From contig CAZCVI010000002.1 in NCBI GenBank assembly GCA_964502145.1, forward strand, positions 117,383 through 181,382: a DNA stretch of 64,000 bases. The letters are read 5' to 3'. The notes under the pieces were generated by a model, which was not told where the DNA came from, ran no database searches, and worked only from the letters and a program-made list of their open reading frames with translations. Each line of letters opens with the position of its first letter. The stretch's first letter is position 1. This stretch comes from an uncultured Clostridia bacterium. Lineage in GTDB: Bacteria > Acidobacteriota > Aminicenantia > UBA2199. Shown piece after piece: positions 34,936 through 44,200 of this stretch. The translations under genes and the position numbers were made by a program.

Positions 34936-37242
34936 TTAGTCAATTGTTTGGTTATTGGGTTGGGCTTTTATTTCGAGGTAAAGACTCTGCAAAATATCCT
35001 TGATGATGCGGTAAAAAGAGAATGGAAAGACAAAGGTGCGGACATTATAGGCTTTGAATTCGGCGAATCCCTCGGATTTGTCTAAAAAGAGGTAGATGCG
35101 TTGGGGCAGGGTCAGGCCACGGAGAAGAAATTCGCGTAACATTTCGGGGTCGCAGAGCAGGATATCCATTTCTTTCATCTGGGGCTCGTTGTATACGACC
35201 ACTGTATCCAGTGTCGTTTCGGCTAGGGATTCGAGTAGTGCGGCGGTTAATTGCCGGTGGTGGAAATTTAATAGAATGCGTGGCGCGGTGGGCTCCAAAA
35301 ACTGGGAAAAGGGGATTTTATCCTGGTTTAACATTGCCTCGTTTCCGGGTACTTTCTTCTGGATAATAGGGGCCAGCATCTGGGCGATATGGGGGAACCG
35401 TGTGAAAAATCGCATCCAATCGCCCAGGTTGATGTGACTGCATGTAGTAAACGCATGGGCGAGATAGTCGTTGAGCAGTTCTTTTTTCATGACCAGTGTC
35501 ATGCGATGCTCGATGATGGCTCGTTCCAAGAGTTCAAAATCAAAGTCCTGGGATTGGATTAATCGTTTCAAGGCTGTGAACCCCTCTTCTATGCGCTTGA
35601 ATTCCAGGAACATATCATGGAAACTGGTTTTTATGCGTCGTAGTTCGCCTTTTTCCTGGGGGGTGAGGTTGGTTTCCCGTTTGGTTATAAAAAGGGACAA
35701 TGATTCGTTGATATTGTGGTAGGTGTCGATATCCAGGGTTTTTATGTATTTGAAGATGTTCAGAAACAGCAGGGTTAATTCGAGATTGTTGGCATTGATG
35801 ATCTTGGCAAACAATTTGGCAATGAACTCTTTGTCCTTAAAATTGAAGATCAGTTCCATGGGTATTATTTTTTCGATCAGTTGCAGGTATTTTTTGGTTT
35901 TGGAGACTGCCAGGTCTTCTACCACGATTTTTTCTAACAGGCGTTTGACTGTGGTTACTGGGAACAATTGGGATATGGTGTCAAAGTAGTCCTGGCCCAT
36001 AAAAAAGAATTCCCGTTCCCGTTCGGGGTCAAACAAGAGGTCTTTAACTTTAAACTCGTAATTCTCTTTTACTTTTGTCAGCAGTAGTTCTTTGAGGCGG
36101 TAGGTATCGGACAAAAAAATATTTTTGACCAATTCTACCAGATCGGGTACATCGTTATAGGGGAGGAAGCGCACAATGATGGCTTGGTCCTCGAAAGAAA
36201 GGGTAAAAAAGTGGTGGACAAAATAATCCAAGCCCTCTTTGAGGGAGAGGAGGGTACGGATGATTGATTCGTTAAGGGGTTCTTTTGCCCTGTAGAGGGT
36301 GAAAAGGAAGGGCGAGGCGACATCGTTTCCAGCCAGTTCTTCGATGATCGTGGGGCGTAGTTTTTCATCATCCGAATAGGTGGCTTCGATAAAGGAGATG
36401 ATTTCATCTTTTTTGCTTTTGCAGATCATGGCCAGTAGGAGTTGTCGCACGCGGATATCGCGGACATGGGCGAACTTTTCTTGTAAATTTCCAAGTTGTT
36501 CTTCCATGATAAATTGGTAGCGGGTGAGGTATTGTTTGAAATGATGGGTGAGCAGGTACAGTTCATCGCATTCTGGGGCGGTGATGCAGGGAATCTGGTG
36601 GAATCGGGTTTCGTAGAATCCTAAAATCTCGTTATCGTGGAAAATATCGCCGGTGATGCAGAGGATTTCAAAGGCGCCGTTTTGGATGAGTGGGTCCGGG
36701 CTGTTGAGGAATTTGGTGAACACGGTGACGTGTTCGGGGGTGAGGATACGTCGTAATATATCGAGGGCGATTTTAAAGGATTTGGGGTTCTTCTGGCCTT
36801 CCAGGAAACGGGGCATGAGGGCCAGGATGGGGTTATTTTCCTTGATGCGGCTGATTTCGGCGTTGATTGTGCTCAAGAGCATCGGATTATTTATCTTTTG
36901 CAGGGTTTGATTTAGAATGTTGAGGGCGGAGCGGTCGTTAAATTTTGAAACGGAGATGATCGCTTCTTGTTGGAGGCGGGAGTGTTGCACCGTGTCGATG
37001 ATTTTTTTCAAGGCAAACAGGAAGGATGGGCATCGCAGGTAACCGGCGACGCGGATAATTTCCATGCGTAAATCTGGGACCAGTGAGGAATCGTTTAACA
37101 GGCTGATCATTAATTCTTCGGCGGGCTTTTCGCCTTCTTTGACCAGGTTTTCAAGGGCCATGCGGAATTCCATTCCTTTGAATTGACTGGCATGGGTTAC
37201 AAGTGTTTTGATCTTTTCTAATATTGTATTTTTTTCGTCCAT
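34936..37242 (-). CDS. Hypothetical alpha-helical (HEAT/ARM-like repeat) protein, 769 aa
   Basis: The ATG at 37242 (MDEKNT...) is preferred over the TTG at 37266. The protein is helix-rich and has no catalytic motif I can recognise. It is divergent from the NRPS gene. Confidence 0.55.
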   Translation of the reverse strand: MDEKNTILEKIKTLVTHASQFKGMEFRMALENLVKEGEKPAEELMISLLNDSSLVPDLRMEIIRVAGYLRCPSFLFALKKIIDTVQHSRLQQEAIISVSKFNDRSALNILNQTLQKINNPMLLSTINAEISRIKENNPILALMPRFLEGQKNPKSFKIALDILRRILTPEHVTVFTKFLNSPDPLIQNGAFEILCITGDIFHDNEILGFYETRFHQIPCITAPECDELYLLTHHFKQYLTRYQFIMEEQLGNLQEKFAHVRDIRVRQLLLAMICKSKKDEIISFIEATYSDDEKLRPTIIEELAGNDVASPFLFTLYRAKEPLNESIIRTLLSLKEGLDYFVHHFFTLSFEDQAIIVRFLPYNDVPDLVELVKNIFLSDTYRLKELLLTKVKENYEFKVKDLLFDPEREREFFFMGQDYFDTISQLFPVTTVKRLLEKIVVEDLAVSKTKKYLQLIEKIIPMELIFNFKDKEFIAKLFAKIINANNLELTLLFLNIFKYIKTLDIDTYHNINESLSLFITKRETNLTPQEKGELRRIKTSFHDMFLEFKRIEEGFTALKRLIQSQDFDFELLERAIIEHRMTLVMKKELLNDYLAHAFTTCSHINLGDWMRFFTRFPHIAQMLAPIIQKKVPGNEAMLNQDKIPFSQFLEPTAPRILLNFHHRQLTAALLESLAETTLDTVVVYNEPQMKEMDILLCDPEMLREFLLRGLTLPQRIYLFLDKSEGFAEFKAYNVRTFVFPFSFYRIIKDILQSLYLEIKAQPNNQTID

Positions 37243-37371
37243 TGGTTTTATTATAGCAAAAATCAAATTGTTTTAGAATCATCTGGAAAAAATATAAATT
37301 CCTCTTAATTCGGAACTGTTCGGGTAAGATGATCGATGAGTACGATATTCATCGTGATTGCAGAAAACAAA

Positions 37372-37381
37372 GGGGGGGGGG
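37372..37381. repeat. Homopolymeric G10 tract in the divergent intergenic region
   Basis: The sequence reads aaaGGGGGGGGGGc. Confidence 0.9.
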
Positions 37382-37430
37382 CTTAAGTGGTGAAAATATG
37401 TTTCGTCCGTTGGGTTTTTGTAATTATTTA

Positions 37431-37550
37431 TAGAACTGTCTATCTTTTTGTAGAATTATCTATCTTTTTGTAGAATTTTCCTGTTTTTCGTAGAATTTTT
37501 TGGTTTTAGAGACAAATTTCTAATTTCAGTTACAATTTTTTAATAATTTT
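37431..37550 (+). repeat. 20-bp tandem repeat array (4 clear + 2 degenerate units; TAGAATTnTCTATCTTTTTG) upstream of the NRPS promoter
   Basis: tagaactgtctatctttttg / tagaattatctatctttttg / tagaattttcctgtttttcg / tagaattttttggttttaga / gacaaatttctaatttcagt / tacaattttttaataatttt. The embedded TTGTAG motif recurs at 37598, 37618, 37678, 37693 and 37725. Confidence 0.85.
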
Positions 37551-37775
37551 TAAAAAATTGCGGTTACAGGGACAATTTTTTAAAAATTCCTTGAAAATTG
37601 TAGTGGTGCGGAGAAAATTGTAGCCATGGGGACTTTTTTTTAAATATTTTTGAAAACATGCACCTACAGGTCCAATTTTGTAGGCAGGGAGTTTGTAGGC
37701 AGTGTTTACATATTTGGATGGCTATTGTAGATGCGACATCTTGTCGCATTGATAAAGGCATAAAGCAAAATAGAT

Positions 37776-37811
37776 ACGGTCCACTTAGTCCATATCGTCC
37801 ACATCGTCCAC
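37776..37811 (-). repeat. 9-bp tandem repeat, 4 units (GTGGACGAT family, inverse orientation of 31311-31346)
   Basis: The + strand reads acggtccac ttagtccat atcgtccac atcgtccac. Confidence 0.9.
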
Positions 37812-37858
37812 AACGATTTCAACAATGTGGCGGTGGATTTAGGAAAATAGTGAGGTGT

Positions 37859-37886
37859 TTGAAAAAATATTACTATGTGGTATAAT
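37859..37886 (+). promoter_or_regulatory. Near-consensus sigma70 promoter for the NRPS-PKS operon (TTGAAA-16-TATAAT, TG-extended -10)
   Basis: TTGAAA at 37859-37864 and tgtggTATAAT with TATAAT at 37881-37886. This predicts a ~180-nt 5' UTR before the ATG at 38071. Confidence 0.5.
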
Positions 37887-38070
37887 GCGTGTTGAATCAG
37901 ATTGCTATGATTCTGATATGAATCAGATTGAATTTCAAACACACACACATGTTGATAAGAAAAATGCGTGTCCCATAAGAGGCGGAAGCCTACCTAAATA
38001 TAGTGCCACTGTTTCCAGCACTATTTCAAAACCAATTTCCCAATAATTAAAGGTCTCTCCGGGTGATAAA

Positions 38071-41000
38071 ATGAGTCAATTAGAAAGAAAGAAAATTGCG
38101 GATATTCTGATGTTAACGCATTTGCAAGAAGGGATTCTATTTCACTATCTGCAAGAACCCAAAAGCGCGCAGTATTTTGAACAATTAAGCCTGGAAATCT
38201 CGGGGGAGATCAATCTGGAACTATTCAAAACCGCATGGCATACGGTCATCCAAACCAATGAGATGCTGCGCACTGTATTCCGCTGGGAAAAAATGGAGAA
38301 ACCAACCCAGATTATCTTAAAAGAACATACCTGCGACATCACTTTTTACGACCTGACAGATGAAGCGACAAACAGGCAAAAATCCCGGCTGCAAGAGATT
38401 AAAGACAAGGATAAACAAACACCCTTTGACTTGCAAGAAGTGCCCATGCGAATTATGTTGTGCAAGCTAGGGACACACGATTATGAAATGATCATCAGCA
38501 ACCACCATATCATCTATGATGGCTGGAGCAACGGGATCATTCTGAAGGAATTCTTCAGGGCATACTATGGGCTAAGCGCGGGAAAACCTGCGCTCCTCCC
38601 GGACAAACCCTCTTTCAAAGAATTTATCAAATGGCTTCAAAACGAGGATAAATACGAAAAGGATAAACAAAAAGCGTTTTGGCGCGATTATCTAGCAGGT
38701 TTAGACGGTCAGACGGAATTACCGCTAAAAAACATAAAAAATAGAAAAAACACTGGCTCCAAGCAGGTAGAACACTATTCACTGGTTCTTGAACCGGAGT
38801 TAAAAGAGAGGTTGGAGGCGTTTGCCAAAACCAAGCGGTTCACTTTGGCCGGGGTGTTCTACACTGTCTGGGGGTTATTGCTACACCAGTATTGCAACAG
38901 CCAGGATGTTCTGTTTGGCACAACTGTAGCCGGTCGTTCCGCACGGATAAAAGGCATAGAAGAGATGGTGGGGCTGTTTATCAATACGATTCCATTACGA
39001 ATCCAAACGACTCCTGGTGAAAAAATGGTGGCGGTGGTCAGCGGCGTGGATCACGCGTTACAGGCCCGTGAACTTTTTGAGAATACACCGTTGTTGGATA
39101 TCAGAAATTACAGTGGCTTGTCTGGTTATGTATCGCTGTTTGATACGTTGGTAGTGATTGAGAATTATCCATTGGATAGTCGTTTACTGCCCGAAGAAAG
39201 CGGGTTGTCAGTTCATGCTTTTACTATTGCTGAAATGACCCATTATGATTTAACCGTGGGCATTGTGCTTTTTAATGAGATAGCCGTCACGTTTTCCTAT
39301 AACCCGGAATTATTCGCCCAGGAAATGATTGCCCATTTGGCCGGGCATTTTTTGTCTCTGGTACAGATGATTATAGAAAACGGCGAACAGGACATTTGCG
39401 CCATAGAAATAATCTCCCCTGAAGAAAAGCACCGCGTATTATATGAATTTAATAATACCGCCGCAGAATACCCATCAAACAAAACGATTCCCCAATTATT
39501 CATGGAACAATCCGCCCGGACCCCAGACTACATCGCCCTTATCTGGGAAAAAAGCGGGGCGTGCCATATATCCTATGCCGAATTAAATGAACTATCCAAC
39601 CGTCTGGCCTATTGGTTGCAAACAGAAGGCATTAGGCCCGATACTATCGTGGCTATAATGGTAAATCGTTCCATTGAAATGATTGTGGGCCTCATGGGTA
39701 TTTTAAAAGCCGGTGCCGCCTATTTACCGATTAACCCGGAATACCCGGCTGAACGAATTCAATTTATGCTGCAAGACAGCACCGCAAAAATCGTGCTCAC
39801 CGAACCAATCATCCAAGCAACCACTTCCCATATTCCCATTCCTCCCATAATTCCCATAATTCCCATTCCTCCCATAACTCCCAGTAATTTAGCCTATGTA
39901 ATATACACTTCCGGCACCACCGGCAAACCCAAAGGCGTTTTAGTAGAACATCAAAATGCCGTTAATGTGGTGTGCTGGTTAGGGCGAAAATATCAATTAA
40001 ACCCCGATACCCATATTATCTTGATGTCCGATTATACCTTTGATGCCAGTATTGATCAAATCTTCGGTGCCTTGTTGCATGGTGCCTCTCTTTATATCGC
40101 CAGTAAAGAGTTCATGTTGGATATGGATGCTTTACGCCATTACATCAATAAAAATCGGATCAATTTTATTAATTTTGTGCCGCTAGTGCTCAATGAATTG
40201 CTGGGCTATCGGGAGAAATTGCCCAGCTTAAACACCGTGATTTCCGGTGCAGAGCGGTTGGACGATACTATCAAAGATAATATCCTGAAGCGCGGCTATC
40301 ATTTATATAATCATTATGGTCCCACAGAAACCACGGTGGAGACACTGGTCTTCACTTGTACAGACGCTCCAGTTTACCTGGGGAAACCCATAGCCAATAC
40401 AAAAATTTATATACTTGATCAATGGGAACATATCGTTCCAATCGGCGTACCTGGAGAATTGTATATTGCCGGGGCCGGATTGGCCAGGGGGTATTTGAAC
40501 CGGTCCGATTTAACGGCGGAGAAATTCGTGGCCACACCCCATGGTGTAGAGAATGACCCTGTATCTCGAACCTATCGAACCGGGGACCTGGGGTGTTGGC
40601 TGCCCGATGGAAATATTGCGTTTCTGGGACGCATTGATCAGCAGGTTAAGATCCGGGGGTTCCGTGTTGAACTGGGAGAAATCGAAGCACAATTGCGCAC
40701 TTTCCCGGAAATAAAGCAGGTCGTGGTGAGCGCAAAAGAAGATAACCGTGGTGATAAAACGCTTTGTGCCTATATTGTATCCCGGCAGCTTTCTACAGGC
40801 CCCACTGCCCCCCTTGACCCAGCCGTGCTAACCACCTATTTAGCCGGTATCTTACCCGATTACATGATTCCCGCCTATTATGTCCAGTTGGCAGAAATTC
40901 CCCTGTTGCCCAATGGCAAAGTGGACCGCAAGAACTTGCCTGAGCCTGTTTTTATTGCCACCCAAGCATACCAGGAACCACGGCATGAACTGGATCGCAG

Positions 41001-41230
41001 ATTGCAAACGATATGGACGAGCGTTTTATTTGGAAACGTGCTTTCAGAAGATTCATCCGCACCACCACCTAAACCCATCGGGATTGATGATAATTTCTTT
41101 CATATGGGCGGACACTCCCTGAAGATCATGAATATGGCAGCTAAAATTCACAAGGAGTTGAACCTGGAAATACCAGTGCAAGAACTATTCACCCATCCCA
41201 CTATCCGGGTTTTGGCCAATTATATAAACA
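38071..41230 (+). other. Module 1: C (HHIIYDGWS at ~38503) - A (A3 motif ~39889-39939) - T (Ser 41116-41118)
   Basis: Motifs were read from the translation. My hand-extracted specificity code is D-A-D-N-I-G-H-V-E-K, which I cannot assign. Confidence 0.8.
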
Positions 41231-44200
41231 CGCGGGAACACACTAAAAATATCACTAAAAATAACTTTGCAGAGATCGCCGCTATTGAAGTAAAAGAATA
41301 CTATCCACTCTCTTCGGCCCAGAAAAGAGTTTATATTTTATACCTCATGGAAACCGATAGCATCAATTACAACATGCACGAGGTATTCCGCCTGGAAGGG
41401 GAACTGGACGTGGGCCGCTTGGAAAAAAGCTTTACCCAATTGATTCGCAGACACGAAAGCTTAAGAACTTCCTTTTTCTTACTCCATGATGAACCGGTCC
41501 AGAAGATTGTGGCCGCCAGTGATGTACCATTCGCCAGCGAATTTTTTGATCCAAACGAAAAAGACACCCTGGTCGAACCTGCCCTAAACGACACCGCGTT
41601 AATGGAAAATACCACTGTTTATGACATCAACCAGCGTTTTTTAAGACCCTTTGATTTGACTCAAGCGCCCCTGTTCCGCGTCGGGCTTATTAAAATCGCC
41701 AAGAACAGCCATATCTTGATGGCAGGAATGCACCATATTATTTCCGATGGCATATCAATTGACCTATTTATCACTGATTTTGTCGCCCTCTACCGTGGCC
41801 AGAACTTACCCCCCTTGCCCATTCAATACAAAGAGTATGCCCACTGGCAGCACCAGAAAAAAGCGCAGGGCGCCTTTAATAGCCAACGCTCCTACTGGTT
41901 GCATGAATTTGCCGGTGAGCTTCCCGTATTAACCATGCCCTATGATTTCCCCAGGCCAGCCGTGCAGAGTTTTGCCGGCGACAAATATTATTTTAACCTC
42001 CCCGCATACGAAACCAAAACGTTAATAAAACGGTGCCAGGAAGAAGCGGTGACTCTTTTTATGATGCTCAGCGCTATCTATTATGTGATGCTGTGGAAAC
42101 TGAGCGGTGCCGAAGAGATCGTGGTGGGAAGCCCCACGGCTGGACGCAGACACGCTGATCTGGAATCCATTTTAGGAATGTTTGTCAACACCCTGGCAGT
42201 AAAAACCAGCCCTGCCAAGGAAACACGCTTCAAACCCTTTTTGGCACAAGTCAAACAAAAGAACCTGGCAGCTTTTGAAAACCAGGAGTACCAATTTGAT
42301 GATCTGGTGGAGGAACTATTACCCGCACGGGATTTAGGTCGCAACCCGTTATTCGACATGATGTTCATCTTGCAAAATATGACCGGCACAACTAACACGG
42401 CGATAAATATTCCGGGCTTAAAAATAACCCGCCTTCCTTTTGAAACGCATATCGCGCCTTTTGATTTTTACCTCATGGCTGAAGAACGACAGGAGTCTAT
42501 CTATTTTACCGTGGGTTATTGCACCAAATTGTTTACGCTGGAAACCGTGCGTCGGTTCATGGGGTATTACCGAGAAATTCTGGCCACAGTGGTCACCCAA
42601 CCCGAGGTGGAACTGGCACGTATAGACATATTATCCCCGGCAGAGAAACGCCAATTAGTGCAGGAATTTAATAATACCCAACGACCGTACCCACAGGGTC
42701 AAACCATTCCGCAATGGTTTGCAGAGCAGGCCGCACGAACCCCAGAAGCCATTGCCGTGGTAGGGGAGGGGGTCATCACCTATCGGGAATTAAATCAACG
42801 GGCCAATCAATTGGCCCACCTGTTGCGACAAAAAGGAGTGGCCCCAGATACCATTGTTGCCCTCTTTATGTTTCGTTCTATCCAGATGGTTGTTGGTATC
42901 CTCGGCATATTAAAAGCGGGCGGCGCTTATTTGCCGATCAACCCCGTGTATCCTGGGCAACGTGTGTTGTCTATCCTGGAAGATAGCGGTGGCAATTATT
43001 TTATAAGCGATGAAAAAACATCCCGCCCTCTTTCTTTTACCGGTTTACAGCGTTTGGATGTGCCCGAAGTGACGCCCCTGGTTACAGCCAAACGACCCCA
43101 GATCACAAATTTTGATAGCTTGCCCCATCCCGATCGTACATTGATTGATTACAGCAAATATCATCGTTATATTGGTATTGCACCCGCCAAATACACCGTC
43201 AGTATCCAGGCCACTCGCGGCTGCCCGTATCAATGTGCCTACTGCCATAAAATATGGCCCAAAACACATGTCATGCGGCGGGCTGAAGATATATTCGCCG
43301 AGATTAGCGCCTGCTATCAGGCGGGGGTGAAACGATTTGTATTTATCGACGATGTCTTCAACCTCAATAAAAAGAACAGCGGCCAATTATTTCAAACCCT
43401 GATCGACCACCACTATGATGTGCAGCTCTTTTTTCCCAACGGGTTACGCGGCGATATCCTGACCCCCGATTTTATTGACCTCATGATTGAAGCAGGCACT
43501 GTTAATATTGATCTGGCCCTGGAAACGGCCTCGCCCCGCTTGCAGAAACTGATCAATAAACAATTGAACCTGGAAAAATTCGCGGCCAACGTCCATTATA
43601 TCACCCAGAAACATCCCCATGTCGTGTTGGAGATGGAGATGATGATTGGCTTTCCCACGGAAACGGAAGCGGAAGCTTTACAAACCCTGGAATTATTGCA
43701 GAGTTTTAAATGGGTCCATTTCCCCAACCTGAATATCCTCAAAATTTATCCCAATACTGACATGGCCCAACTGGCAATTGAAAACGGGGTCAGTCGTAAA
43801 TTGATTCATTCCTCCACCACCCTTGCATTCCATGAGTTGCCAGAAACACTCCCTTTTTCAAAAGATTTTGTCCGGGAGTATCAGGCACGCTTTACCAACC
43901 AGTATTTTCTTTCCCAGGAACGGTTGCGCCATGTATTAAAACAGCAGGTCAAGAGCTTCACCGCCGATGAGCTCGTGCAAAAGTACGACAGTTATTTACC
44001 CGTGGAGATCAAGTCTTTTGCCGATATTCTCAAGTGTGCTGACATCTCCAGCGCTGCATTGGGGCCCATTGAATTTATTCCCGAAGCCCGCTTTGCCGCT
44101 CCCGATTTTAACCAGCGGATCAAGGCTTTTTTCCCCTCCCGCCCCAGCTCGGAAAATGCTTTTCGTCTCTTGTTTCTTGACCTGTCGCAATCCTTTCGCG

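Noticed and set aside
37431-37550. The regularly spaced 20-bp repeats could be a CRISPR array.
   Set aside because: The units are directly abutting tandem copies with no unique spacers. They are AT-rich and degenerate, and no cas genes are in the window. The array is better explained as an iteron-like regulatory array.
37855-38046. The 63-aa ORF just upstream of the NRPS gene could be an MbtH-like protein or a leader peptide.
   Set aside because: It has no MbtH signature (no conserved Trp/Pro pattern) and starts inside the predicted promoter. It probably reflects an open frame in the 5' UTR. An internal 42-aa uORF cannot be excluded but has no support.
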